The notes under the pieces are model-generated. The model did no database searches, was not told the origin of the DNA, and saw nothing but the letters and a program-made list of their open reading frames with translations. 64,000 nt of DNA. It comes from an uncultured Bacilli bacterium. GTDB lineage: Bacteria; Bacillota_I; Bacilli_A; RF39; UBA660. Position 1 is the first letter of the stretch. Each line of letters starts with the position of its first letter. This document shows positions 10,005 to 19,941 of the stretch, in pieces. The translations under genes and the position numbers were made by a program. The DNA lies in contig CAKORR010000005.1 of assembly GCA_934101595.1 (NCBI GenBank), positions 6,380 through 70,379 of the forward strand. Direction: 5' to 3'.

Positions 10005-10781
10005 ATGAGTGTATTAAGAGGAAAAACATTGCTTATTGCCTCTGCTAAAGGCGGTGTAGGCAAAACATTTTTAACTACAAATTTAGCAGGTATATTTGCT
10101 AGTTTAAATAAAAAAGTCTTAATAATTGACTTTGATTTGTCGTGCGGTGGAATAGCAGTTAGCTTAAATACGCCTTTTGAAAAAAACATTTATAATTTTG
10201 TAGATGACTACAATAATAATAGGTATAAAAATTTTTCTAATTACGTAACAAAATATAATGATGAAATATATTTTTTAGCGTGCCCTAAAGATCCACGTCA
10301 AGCTGCCAGGATCGATTCTAAGTATATTGATATAATTCTTGACAAGGCCACAAATAACTTTGATGTTGTTTTAATAGATACAAATCATAATTTAAATGAA
10401 TTTAATATTTCAACCATGGACAAGGTTGATAAGATACTATTTGTAATAACTAACGATTTGTTAGATCTAAAAAATATGCGCAGTTTATTAAGTGTTTTTA
10501 AGGATGTAGAAAATACAAACTACAAGATACTACTTAATAATAGTAGGGATCCTTTTAAAAAGTATTTCTCTTTTTATGATATAAAAAATTTAATTAAAGC
10601 CAATATAGATTATACTATAAGCAGTGATTTATTTATTAAAAATATAGATGCTTACCAAGTTGATGGAAAGATAATTACTTTAGATAAAAAGATGCCAAGC
10701 GTATTTAATAAAGATTATGTTACTTTTATGACTATTGCATCTGATTTGTTCCAAGGAGATGATGAAAATGGCAAAAAGTAG
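10005..10781 (+). CDS. CpaE/TadZ-like ParA/MinD-family ATPase
   Basis: Deviant Walker A SAKGGVGKTF, and a position between the pilins and cpaF. Confidence 0.65.
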   Translation: MSVLRGKTLLIASAKGGVGKTFLTTNLAGIFASLNKKVLIIDFDLSCGGIAVSLNTPFEKNIYNFVDDYNNNRYKNFSNYVTKYNDEIYFLACPKDPRQAARIDSKYIDIILDKATNNFDVVLIDTNHNLNEFNISTMDKVDKILFVITNDLLDLKNMRSLLSVFKDVENTNYKILLNNSRDPFKKYFSFYDIKNLIKANIDYTISSDLFIKNIDAYQVDGKIITLDKKMPSVFNKDYVTFMTIASDLFQGDDENGKK

Positions 10782-12093
10782 CTTAAGAAGTGCTTTTGAT
10801 TTCGGCGAAGATAGAGCAAAACAATCTGTTTTAAATGATTATGATATTTTTAGAGATAAAAAGTTATTGGATTCTTTAAGAACTAAAATAGTTGAAAACT
10901 TGATAGACAATGAGATGCCTAAAGATGTCAATTTGACTGAATGGATAAATGATGAGATAGATAAATCAATCGAAGGTTATGATTTATCTAACCTTGAGAG
11001 AAGCCATTTATTTAATTTGATAGATAACGAAATTAATGGGCTTGGACCATTAACAGAATTACTCGAAGATAAAAACATTACTGAAATAATGGTAAACAGT
11101 CCTAAAGATATTTATATAGAAATAGATGGTAGTATTTTAAAAGATGAATCAGTTTCGTTTATTAATGATGAGCATATCATAAGAACGATTCAAAGAATGA
11201 TAGAACCTATGGGTAGAACAATTGATGCCACTAATCCAATGGTTGACTCAAGACTACCTGATGGTTCAAGAATTAACGCAATCATCCCTCCATTATCAAC
11301 CAAAGGGCCAGTTATCACAATTCGTAAATTTAAGGAAAGTATGACATCAATTGATGATTTAATTAGAATAGGATCAATTACTCCTTATATGGCTAGATTT
11401 CTTGAGGCTTGTGTTCAGGCTAAGGTTAATATTCTTGTTTGTGGTGGTACTGGTAGTGGTAAAACAACGTTATTAAATATACTAAGCAGTTTTATTAATC
11501 AAAACGAAAGAATTATAACGATAGAAGATGCCGCGGAGCTAAGGTTAAATCAAAGCCATGTTATTTCTCTAGAAACAAGAACAGTTAATTATGAGAGTGA
11601 AGGAGAAGTAACTATTAGAGATTTAGTTATAAATTCATTACGTATGCGCCCGGATAGAATTATTGTCGGCGAAGTAAGAGGAAAAGAAGCTTTTGACATG
11701 TTGCAAGCGATGAATACTGGCCATGATGGATCTATGACTACTTTGCATGCTAATGGCCCGCATGATGCTTTAAATCGCCTTGAAACCATGGTATTAATGG
11801 GAAATATGGAAATACCAGTAAATGCTATAAGAGAGTATATGTTTAATGCTATAGATTTAGTTGTAAATATTGAGCGTATGAGTGATGGAAGAAGAAAAAT
11901 AACTAGTATTTCCGAATTGGAAAAAATTACCGATGGAGAAATAAAATTAAAAGAAATATTTGCCTTTAAACAAAAAGGCTTGACTGATAATGGGGAAGTA
12001 GATGGTACCTATATTAAGTACAATTTTATTCCTAAAATATATAAAAAGATTAAGTCAAAAGGAATAAATACTATTGAAGATATTTTTGAATAA
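10768..12093 (+). CDS. Tad pilus secretion ATPase CpaF/TadA
   Basis: Walker [10 protein letters not shown], Asp/His boxes and type II/IV secretion ATPase length. The ATG at 10768 follows an RBS-like aaggagatga. The ORF-track start at 10735 is an upstream alternative. Confidence 0.85.
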   Translation: MAKSSLRSAFDFGEDRAKQSVLNDYDIFRDKKLLDSLRTKIVENLIDNEMPKDVNLTEWINDEIDKSIEGYDLSNLERSHLFNLIDNEINGLGPLTELLEDKNITEIMVNSPKDIYIEIDGSILKDESVSFINDEHIIRTIQRMIEPMGRTIDATNPMVDSRLPDGSRINAIIPPLSTKGPVITIRKFKESMTSIDDLIRIGSITPYMARFLEACVQAKVNILVCGGTGSGKTTLLNILSSFINQNERIITIEDAAELRLNQSHVISLETRTVNYESEGEVTIRDLVINSLRMRPDRIIVGEVRGKEAFDMLQAMNTGHDGSMTTLHANGPHDALNRLETMVLMGNMEIPVNAIREYMFNAIDLVVNIERMSDGRRKITSISELEKITDGEIKLKEIFAFKQKGLTDNGEVDGTYIKYNFIPKIYKKIKSKGINTIEDIFE

Positions 12094-12119
12094 ATAATCG
12101 TAAACGAAAGGAGTAAAAC

Positions 12120-13130
12120 ATGAATAATGATATGATTTTTGAAGTTACAATAGTCCAGGTTATATCTATTGTTTTACTTCTTATTGCAATTATATATTTA
12201 TTGAAACAATCACGTTTCAATAAATATGAACGGAGATTAGAAGACTTTTCATTGGTCTCTTTAAAAGATAAAGAGAAGCCCTTATTAGATAGAGTAATTA
12301 ATAGCATTTTTAAAATAGTAAAATTGCTTTCCAAAAATTTAGAAAAGCATAATTTTACTCCTGGTTTAGCTATGCGTTATGAAAAATATATTAAATTTGA
12401 AGATAGATTAAAAAAGTCCGGATATGATTATATAGCAGGTAAATTATGTTTATCTATGCTTATTGGAATTTTCAGCTTTATTACAATGATGTTTCAATAT
12501 ACAAAGTTTAACTTAAGTTTCTTTGTTTTAGTACTTATTTTAGGCTTCTATTTACCTGATATATATTTAATAATAGATTTTAAAAATAAGCGTAAAAGAA
12601 TTGAAGAAGATCTTTTAAAAGCAATAATTATAATGAATAGCGCGTTTAAATCAGGAAGTAATATTACCCAAGCTGTTCAAGTGGTTAAAGATAATTTAAG
12701 TGGCCCAATAAGTGATGAATTTAAAAAAATTTACATCGATATAAATTATGGCTTGAGCCTTGATGTAGTTTTTAATAGGTTTTATGAAAGAGTAAAAATA
12801 GATGATATAAAATATATTACTAGTTCTCTAACATTATTGAATAAAACTGGTGGAAACATCGTTAATGTTTTTACACTTATTGAAAAAACATTTTTTGATA
12901 GGAAAAAATTAAGAAATGAATTAAAAAGTTTAACTGCTTCAAGTGTATTTATATATAGATTGTTACTTGCTATGCCATTTGTACTATCGCTTGTAATATT
13001 CATTTTAAATAAAACATATTTTGCACCATTTTTTAACTCTTTATTAGGAATTATATCTTTTGTAATTTTAATATTGCTATATATTTTGTATGTGATTATT
13101 GTTAATAAGATATTGAAGGTGAAAATATGA
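12120..13130 (+). CDS. TadB-like inner-membrane platform protein
   Basis: GspF/T2SSF-like domain with TM helices at both ends, following cpaF. Confidence 0.6.
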   Translation: MNNDMIFEVTIVQVISIVLLLIAIIYLLKQSRFNKYERRLEDFSLVSLKDKEKPLLDRVINSIFKIVKLLSKNLEKHNFTPGLAMRYEKYIKFEDRLKKSGYDYIAGKLCLSMLIGIFSFITMMFQYTKFNLSFFVLVLILGFYLPDIYLIIDFKNKRKRIEEDLLKAIIIMNSAFKSGSNITQAVQVVKDNLSGPISDEFKKIYIDINYGLSLDVVFNRFYERVKIDDIKYITSSLTLLNKTGGNIVNVFTLIEKTFFDRKKLRNELKSLTASSVFIYRLLLAMPFVLSLVIFILNKTYFAPFFNSLLGIISFVILILLYILYVIIVNKILKVKI

Positions 13131-13825
13131 AAAAAAGTTTTGCAACCCGTATTTATAGTAAAAAAATATATGATAAAATTGATACTAAAGTAAAACTTTT
13201 TGGTAATTGGAAAAAAATTGATACTGAAACTTTTTTAAACACTAGGCTTATACTATGTATAATAACTTTCTGTATTACTATTATCACATCTAAAGCTGGA
13301 TTTATCTTAGCACCAATTTTTACAGTCTTTGTATATGTATTATTTGAATATTTTTTACTAGATTATAGATTAAAAAAAAGAACTAAAATATTGGAAGATG
13401 AGTCAATTTATTTTTTCGAGATTTTGGCTTTAACAATTGAAAGTGGCAGAAATTTAAAATCTTCAATAATTGTTGCCACGAAGGCTATTGATAATAACAT
13501 TTCAAACGAGTTTAAAAAGACCATTAATGAAGTTGATATGGGTAAAAGCCTTACCGAAGCCTTGGAAAGTATGAAGAAAAGAATCCCAAGTGATGCCATA
13601 AATAATGCAATTTTAAATATTACTCAATCGAATATCTTTGGAAGTAGTATAATTGAATCGCTTTATAATCAAATTGATTTTTTAAGAGAAAAAGAGCTAC
13701 AAGATGTTAAGAGAGAAATTGTAAAACTTCCAACTAAAATAAGTATTATTTCTGTATTATTCTTTGTACCTATAATGTTGCTTTTAATTTTAGCACCAGT
13801 TGTGTTAAACTATTTTATGAGATGA
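13127..13825 (+). CDS. TadC-like inner-membrane platform protein
   Basis: Second T2SSF-like membrane protein, translationally coupled to tadB. Confidence 0.55.
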   Translation: MKKSFATRIYSKKIYDKIDTKVKLFGNWKKIDTETFLNTRLILCIITFCITIITSKAGFILAPIFTVFVYVLFEYFLLDYRLKKRTKILEDESIYFFEILALTIESGRNLKSSIIVATKAIDNNISNEFKKTINEVDMGKSLTEALESMKKRIPSDAINNAILNITQSNIFGSSIIESLYNQIDFLREKELQDVKREIVKLPTKISIISVLFFVPIMLLLILAPVVLNYFMR

Positions 13826-13829
13826 TTTT

Positions 13830-14138
13830 ATGAAAAAGTTTAACATGATTGATGAAGGATTTATATGCGAAAATTGCCAGAAAAAAGTTGAGCCACTTTT
13901 ATACACCGCTAGGGATCACTGCCCAAGTTGTTTATGTAGTATTCACATTGATAATAATCCTGGCGATAGATCTGCTACATGTCTAGGAATTTTAAGACCA
14001 ATAGATATTGAAAAAAACAAAAAAGCCGAATATAAAATAATATATAAATGTGATAAATGTGGAATTATTAAAAAGAACATTATGGCAAAGGATGATAATT
14101 TCGATAAAATAATTGAAGTTATGCAAAAGAGTTTATAA
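13830..14138 (+). CDS. zinc-ribbon protein, RNHCP-domain-like
   Basis: CENC...RDHCPSC...CDKC cysteine pairs. The RDHCP motif resembles the RNHCP domain signature. Confidence 0.3.
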   Translation: MKKFNMIDEGFICENCQKKVEPLLYTARDHCPSCLCSIHIDNNPGDRSATCLGILRPIDIEKNKKAEYKIIYKCDKCGIIKKNIMAKDDNFDKIIEVMQKSL

Positions 14139-14212
14139 ATTACAGGTTTTATACTTGTAATTTTTTTCTTTGTTTGTTAAAATTAAATAGTATAAGAATA
14201 GGAGGATGCATT

Positions 14213-14623
14213 GTGGCATTTAGTAAATTTAAAAAGCTTTTTTCAGACGATGAAGATGATAATTTAATGGGAACAGAGGATGAGTTTTATTCGATTAGTG
14301 AAAGTGATGCGATTAAGGAAGCAGATAAATCGGGTAATAAAATGATTCTTTTAGAGCCAAGAGCTTATTCTGAAAGCCAACAGATAGCAGATCACTTAAA
14401 AAATAGAAATAGCGTAGTTGTGAATTTAAAAAGAGTAACAACTGAACAAGCAAAAAGAATTATAGATTTCTTAAGTGGCTGCATATATGCAATCGGAGGA
14501 ACAATGCAAAAAATTGGGGTTGGAATATACCTATGCACTCCTAAAAATGTAAATGTTCAAGGAAAAATAACGGACGAAAACGAAAAAGCTAAAAATAATT
14601 CTACTGATGAAGAGTGGGGTTAA
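14213..14623 (+). CDS. sepF: cell division protein SepF
   Basis: MAFSKFKKLFSDDEDD... N-terminus and a conserved SepF core (EPRAYSESQQIADHLKNRNSVVVNL). Likely GTG start at 14213 after RBS ggagga. The ORF-track start is 14174. Confidence 0.75.
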   Translation: MAFSKFKKLFSDDEDDNLMGTEDEFYSISESDAIKEADKSGNKMILLEPRAYSESQQIADHLKNRNSVVVNLKRVTTEQAKRIIDFLSGCIYAIGGTMQKIGVGIYLCTPKNVNVQGKITDENEKAKNNSTDEEWG

Positions 14624-14644
14624 TAAAATTAATTAGAGAGACTG

Positions 14645-15076
14645 GTGGGTATGAAAAAATTTAATACTAGTTTTACCGGATACTCTAAAACTGAAGTTAA
14701 CAATTTTGTTAAAGAAGTTACAAAAGAGTATGAAAACATGTTAAATAACTTAAAATCCAAAGATAGAGAAATAGAGGCCTTAAATAATGAACTAAAGCAT
14801 TATAAAGAGTTAGAACACTCACTTAACAAGGCACTATTAGTTGCTGAGGATGCCTCAAATAACATTAAAAGGATTGCTAAAAATGAATCGATTTCACTAC
14901 TGGAGGATGCTAAAAAAAATGCCTCACGTATTGTTAATGAAGCATTATTGAAAGCTGATAATATAACCAGTGAGGCTGAATCTTTAAAAAGAAGAGTAAT
15001 TATATTTAAACGCAGATTTAAACAAAGCCTTGAAGATGAAATAAGAATTGTTGATGATATCGACGAGAGACTATAA
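14645..15076 (+). CDS. DivIVA-domain protein
   Basis: N-terminal DivIVA motif (FNTSFTGYSKTEVNNFV) followed by a coiled coil. Follows sepF as in the Bacillus ylm cluster. Confidence 0.6.
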   Translation: MGMKKFNTSFTGYSKTEVNNFVKEVTKEYENMLNNLKSKDREIEALNNELKHYKELEHSLNKALLVAEDASNNIKRIAKNESISLLEDAKKNASRIVNEALLKADNITSEAESLKRRVIIFKRRFKQSLEDEIRIVDDIDERL

Positions 15077-15775
15077 ACTATTATTATTTTTTATGAACTC
15101 ACGGAGCATTTTGGTAAGTGCTCTTTTTTCTATTCTTGAAACATAACTTCTAGATATTTTTAATTCTTTTGCTATTTCTTTTTGGGTCATTTCATCATAA
15201 TCATGTAGTCCGTATCTTTTTACGATAATTAATCGTTCTCTTTCAGTTAAAATGTTTAAATATTTATTAAGTAAAAAGATGTTATTTTTATCATGTAACA
15301 AGTCCGCTAAATCCTTGCTTTCTTGTTTTAAAACGTCAATTAAACTAATTTCATTTCCTTCCTTATCATAACCAATAGAATCATTTAAGCTAACATTGTT
15401 TTGATTTTTTTTATCACTTCTAAAATACATCAAAATTTCATTTTGGATGCATCTTGCAGCATAAGTGGTTATTTTTGTGGATTTATTTTCTTTATAAGTG
15501 TCAATGCCTTTTATTAAACCTATTGTTCCAATTGAAATTAAATCATCTTGGTCATTTTTATTTCCTTCAAATTTTTTAGCTATATGAGCAACCAGTCTTA
15601 AGTTATGTTCTATAAGTTTACTTCGTGCATTTTTATCACCTTTTAACATTTCTTTTACATAATAATCTTCTTCTTCGGTAGTTAATGGATCCGGGAAAAC
15701 ATTATTTGAATAACTGCCTGTGAAAAACATCATTTCCTTAATAATATTTATTAATTGTAAAAACATATAAATCAC
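15071..15775 (-). CDS. sigK: sporulation sigma factor, pro-sigma-K-like (sigma-70 family)
   Basis: Regions 2 and 4 of sigma-70. The N-terminal pro-sequence ...FFTGSYSNNVFPDPLTTEEE... closely parallels B. subtilis pro-sigK (SYVKNNAFPQPLS). The gene is uninterrupted. Confidence 0.55.
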   Translation of the reverse strand: MIYMFLQLINIIKEMMFFTGSYSNNVFPDPLTTEEEDYYVKEMLKGDKNARSKLIEHNLRLVAHIAKKFEGNKNDQDDLISIGTIGLIKGIDTYKENKSTKITTYAARCIQNEILMYFRSDKKNQNNVSLNDSIGYDKEGNEISLIDVLKQESKDLADLLHDKNNIFLLNKYLNILTERERLIIVKRYGLHDYDEMTQKEIAKELKISRSYVSRIEKRALTKMLREFIKNNNSL

Positions 15776-15831
15776 CTAATAAATTATATTTGTTTTAATA
15801 GACTTTTAATATATTTTTTGATAATATTCAA

Positions 15832-16959
15832 ATGGTGGTTAGATTGATTAATGAAGTTACTATTAATATGGATATGAAAAATAAATATTTAAGTAAATAT
15901 GCTTGTTTAGATAGTGATGCGATTTATAAAGATTCTTTAAAAGACGATATTAGAACGTCTTTTTATCATGACATCGATAAAATAATATATTCTTTATCAT
16001 TTGCAAGATATATGGATAAAACTCAAGTTTATTCTTACAAAAATAATGATCATTTAACAAAAAGAATGCTTCATGTTCTTTTTGTAAGTAAAATTGCGCG
16101 AACGATTTCAAGAGCATTACGATTAAATGAAGATTTAACTGAGGCAATTGCCTTAGGTCATGATTTAGGGCACGTTCCTTTTGGCCATTTTGGTGAAAGC
16201 GTTCTTTCCAAAATTAGTATTGAACATAATTTGGGAGCATTTAATCATAATATTCACAGTGCTAGATTACTAATGTCTATTGAGAATTATGGCAATGGTT
16301 TAAATGTTTCTTTACAAGTACTTGATGGTATCATATGTCATAATGGTGAATTTGCAGTTCAAAAATTAATCCCTCAAAAGAAAACATTTAAAGAATTCTA
16401 TAACGAATATTATTTGTCTTATAAAAATCCTGAAGCAATGAAGAAATATGTATCAATGACATTAGAAGGCTGTATAGTTAGAATAAGTGATATGATTGCT
16501 TATTTAGGACGTGATATAGATGATGCAACTCGAATGAAATTTATATGTTTTTCGGACATTCCAAAGGATATTACCCTTGTTTTGGGTAATAATACTAGTG
16601 ACATAATAAAAACAGTTGTCAATGATATTATAAAAAACAGCTTCGACAAACCATATATTAAAATGAGTAAAGATGTTTATGAGGCAATAGCAAAATTAAA
16701 AGAGTTTAATTATAAGAATATCTATAATAAAGCGTTAACGGAAAAAGAAAAAGCAATTTATGAAAATATGATGAGAAAAGTGTATGATAAAGTTCTTAAA
16801 GATTTAAATGATAAAAATAATTCTGCAAGTGTAATAAAATCTTATTTAAAAAATATGTCATTAGAATATCAAAAAAATTCTAATGAACAAATTGCCCTAG
16901 ATTATGTGGCTGGAATGACTGATGATTTTTTAAAAAATATGTATCAGGAATTGTTATAA
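15832..16959 (+). CDS. HD-domain dGTP triphosphohydrolase-like protein
   Basis: HD motif (HDLGHVPFGHFGE) and dGTPase-like length. Confidence 0.7.
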   Translation: MVVRLINEVTINMDMKNKYLSKYACLDSDAIYKDSLKDDIRTSFYHDIDKIIYSLSFARYMDKTQVYSYKNNDHLTKRMLHVLFVSKIARTISRALRLNEDLTEAIALGHDLGHVPFGHFGESVLSKISIEHNLGAFNHNIHSARLLMSIENYGNGLNVSLQVLDGIICHNGEFAVQKLIPQKKTFKEFYNEYYLSYKNPEAMKKYVSMTLEGCIVRISDMIAYLGRDIDDATRMKFICFSDIPKDITLVLGNNTSDIIKTVVNDIIKNSFDKPYIKMSKDVYEAIAKLKEFNYKNIYNKALTEKEKAIYENMMRKVYDKVLKDLNDKNNSASVIKSYLKNMSLEYQKNSNEQIALDYVAGMTDDFLKNMYQELL

Positions 16960-16997
16960 AATAAGAAATAAATGTTATAATAAAGAAGAGGTGCCAA

Positions 16998-18278
16998 ATG
17001 CAATATAACAAGTATAATTACGAAACATATAATTTACATACGATAAAAAGCGATAAGTTTAAAAGTTGCCATATCGAAATAAATTTTAGGGATAATATCA
17101 CTAAAGAAAGTTATTTAAAATCTCTTTTTTTATCAAGCCTGATTCAGCTATGTACCAAAAAATATCCTCGTAGGATGGATTTGAGGAAACGCTCGGAGGA
17201 GCTATATCAGACAAGTTTATTTGCAAGTTCTTATAAAATGGGAGCAAGTTTGTTATTTATGGTGGGATGTGATTTTATTAATCCAACATATATAAAAGAT
17301 TCTCATTATTTAGAAAACGTCTTATGCTTTTTCCTTGATGCAGTATTTGAACCTAATATAGTTGAAAATGGGTTTGATAAGGACGCTTTTGAATTGGTTA
17401 AAAATGATATTTTATCAGAAATGGATACAGCTTGCGAGAGTCCTATGTCTTTAGCCAGTAAAAATGTGGTAAATTTAATTAATGGTGATAATCCCTTAAA
17501 ATTTATGTTATCTAATTATGATAAAAGCGAAGTAGAAAGTATTACCAAAGAGGACATTTATAGTTATTATAAAGAGGTAATAGAACATTATACGGCAGAT
17601 ATTATTGTATTTGGAGATCTTGATTTTGATTTTATAAAAGATTATTTAAGTAAAAATGTAGCAATCAATACTATAAAAAATCACAAAATATCTTTATACA
17701 CTGATATTAAAAAGCCCAAAAAGCCTTTATTTGTAAAAGAATCTTCAAAATTTATGCAAAGCACCTTGCTTTTAGGATATTCATTAGAAAATTTAACAGA
17801 AAAAGAAAAAATTTATGTATCTCATGTTTTTGATTATATCTTCTGTAATGGAGCGTTTAAATCAAAATTGTTTGCAAATCTACGTGAAAAAAATTCACTA
17901 TGCTATGGTGTTTCAAGTATTTATTTAAAATTTAATAAATTATATGTGATAAAAGTTTCCCTTGCCAAGGAAAATGTTTCTAAGGCTATTAAAGTTATAA
18001 AAAATAGTCTTAATGATATGAAAAATGGCCTTTTTGAAGACGAATTTATTGTCGAAACAAAAAAAGCCTTAACTAATTACTTGAAATCATCCGAAGATGC
18101 TATGTCAAGTTACATAAATAATTGTTATTTAAAAGAAATAGATAACTTCCCAAGCGTTAATGAAAGAATAAAAAGTATTAATTTAGTTACTAAAGAAGAC
18201 ATCCAAAACTTTGCAAAAAAATTAAAAGAATTAGTAATATATGTATTGGAGGATGGAGTTAAAGATGAAGCAAATTGA
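16998..18278 (+). CDS. M16-family peptidase-like protein (likely non-catalytic partner)
   Basis: M16 fold length. No HxxEH motif seen. Paired with the downstream M16 gene. Confidence 0.55.
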   Translation: MQYNKYNYETYNLHTIKSDKFKSCHIEINFRDNITKESYLKSLFLSSLIQLCTKKYPRRMDLRKRSEELYQTSLFASSYKMGASLLFMVGCDFINPTYIKDSHYLENVLCFFLDAVFEPNIVENGFDKDAFELVKNDILSEMDTACESPMSLASKNVVNLINGDNPLKFMLSNYDKSEVESITKEDIYSYYKEVIEHYTADIIVFGDLDFDFIKDYLSKNVAINTIKNHKISLYTDIKKPKKPLFVKESSKFMQSTLLLGYSLENLTEKEKIYVSHVFDYIFCNGAFKSKLFANLREKNSLCYGVSSIYLKFNKLYVIKVSLAKENVSKAIKVIKNSLNDMKNGLFEDEFIVETKKALTNYLKSSEDAMSSYINNCYLKEIDNFPSVNERIKSINLVTKEDIQNFAKKLKELVIYVLEDGVKDEAN

Positions 18279-19545
18279 AATAAAAGGCTTAAATGAAATT
18301 ATATATTATGATAAAGCTAGCTGCGGCCTTCCCATATATATGTGGCAAAATAAAAATCGAACACAATATTATTTATCCTTAGGTGTAAAATATGGATCGA
18401 ATGACACTGATTATAAAATTGGTGGAAAAACATACCATGACCCTAAGGGTATTGCTCATTATCTTGAACACTTAAAATTTAATGAAAGTGATAACTTTTC
18501 TGCTAATGATTTTTTCGAGGCTAATGGAAGTAGTTCAAATGCCTTTACTACATATGATTATACTAATTACGAAGTTATTGGTACAGAGTGTTTTAGTGAG
18601 AATTTAAATCATTTACTAGACTTTGTCTTTACGCCATTTTTTAAAACTAAACTTATAAATAAAGAAAGAGGTATTATTACCGAAGAAATAAAAATGGGAT
18701 TAGATAATCCTTATAATAAACTATATTATGATTTTTATAAAAGCGTTTTTAAGAATTATAATTATGGTTATGAAATTGCCGGAACAGTTGATGATATAAA
18801 AAAAATAGATTTAAAAAGTATAAAGAGAGTTTACAATACCTTCTATGTGCCAGATAACATGTTTTTAATTATCACTGGAAATTTTAATCCATATGAAGCA
18901 GTAGAAATTGTCAATAAAAATTTGAAAAATAAAAAATTTTTACCAACCGAAGAAGCAAAGAAAATAATAAAAAAAGAACCCAATAAAGTTGTTTTGAAAG
19001 AAAAAACAATTAAGGGTAATGTTGAAATACCTAAAGTTAAATTAGGCATAAAAATTCCTAAGAATAGATTTAAAAATATTGATAATGAGGTAATTTTGAT
19101 TTGCATTTCTATGATACTAAAATCCAATTTTGGAGCGACTTCTAGCTTTCAAGAGTTTTTACTTCAAAATAGACTAGTTGAATTTATTAATTTTTCCAGG
19201 GAGATATATAATGACTATATTCTAATCACGTTTACTTTCGAATCACGAATTCCTGAGGAGGCAATTAAATTAATAATTGATAAGTTAAATAATTTAGAAG
19301 TAGATAAAGATAGTATTGAGAGAAGAAGAAATGTAAATGTAGCTAATATTATTCTTGATTATGATAATATAATGTGTGTAAATTCAAATATTCAAACTAG
19401 TATTGTGAAGGATGGTAAAATTACCGACAATTTAAAAGAAATATTTGAAAATATTTCTTTAGAAAATGTACAAGATATTAAAGACAAATTAACATTTAAT
19501 ATAGATCAAATAGCGGTAGTAAAGCTTATTCCAAAGACTGATTAA
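18265..19545 (+). CDS. M16-family zinc peptidase (insulinase-like)
   Basis: Inverzincin motif HYLEHLKF (HxxEH). The ATG at 18265 is likely. The ORF-track start is 18241. Confidence 0.7.
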   Translation: MKQIEIKGLNEIIYYDKASCGLPIYMWQNKNRTQYYLSLGVKYGSNDTDYKIGGKTYHDPKGIAHYLEHLKFNESDNFSANDFFEANGSSSNAFTTYDYTNYEVIGTECFSENLNHLLDFVFTPFFKTKLINKERGIITEEIKMGLDNPYNKLYYDFYKSVFKNYNYGYEIAGTVDDIKKIDLKSIKRVYNTFYVPDNMFLIITGNFNPYEAVEIVNKNLKNKKFLPTEEAKKIIKKEPNKVVLKEKTIKGNVEIPKVKLGIKIPKNRFKNIDNEVILICISMILKSNFGATSSFQEFLLQNRLVEFINFSREIYNDYILITFTFESRIPEEAIKLIIDKLNNLEVDKDSIERRRNVNVANIILDYDNIMCVNSNIQTSIVKDGKITDNLKEIFENISLENVQDIKDKLTFNIDQIAVVKLIPKTD

Positions 19546-19885
19546 CTGCCTTGCTAGCAGCTGTGTTATATGCTCTTAATAATCCTCCAGCTCCAAGTTT
19601 TATTCCGCCAAAATATCTAACTACAACCAAAAGGCAGTTATCCAAACTGCTTTTTGTAATTATATTATATAGAGGTAATCCTCCGGTGTTATGAGGCTCA
19701 TTATCATCACTTTTGCGTATTATTGGACCAATTTTATAAGCATAAGGAATATGTCTTGCTTTTTTATGCTCCTTCTTTAAATCGCTTAAAATGTTTCTTG
19801 CTTCACTTTCATCATTAATTGTATAATAGTAAGCTATAAATTTTGATTTTTTTTCAACATAGATAAATTTGTTTAATAATTTCAT
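19526..19885 (-). CDS. IMPACT/YigZ-family N-domain protein (UPF0029)
   Basis: 119 aa with a conserved YigZ N-domain pattern (KKSKFIAY...HIPYAYK...GGIKLGAGGL). Confidence 0.55.
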   Translation of the reverse strand: MKLLNKFIYVEKKSKFIAYYYTINDESEARNILSDLKKEHKKARHIPYAYKIGPIIRKSDDNEPHNTGGLPLYNIITKSSLDNCLLVVVRYFGGIKLGAGGLLRAYNTAASKAVNQSLE

Positions 19886-19941
19886 AAAACACCACTAGTT
19901 AGATTATAACAAATGGTGTAGAATTAATAAAGGAGGGAACA

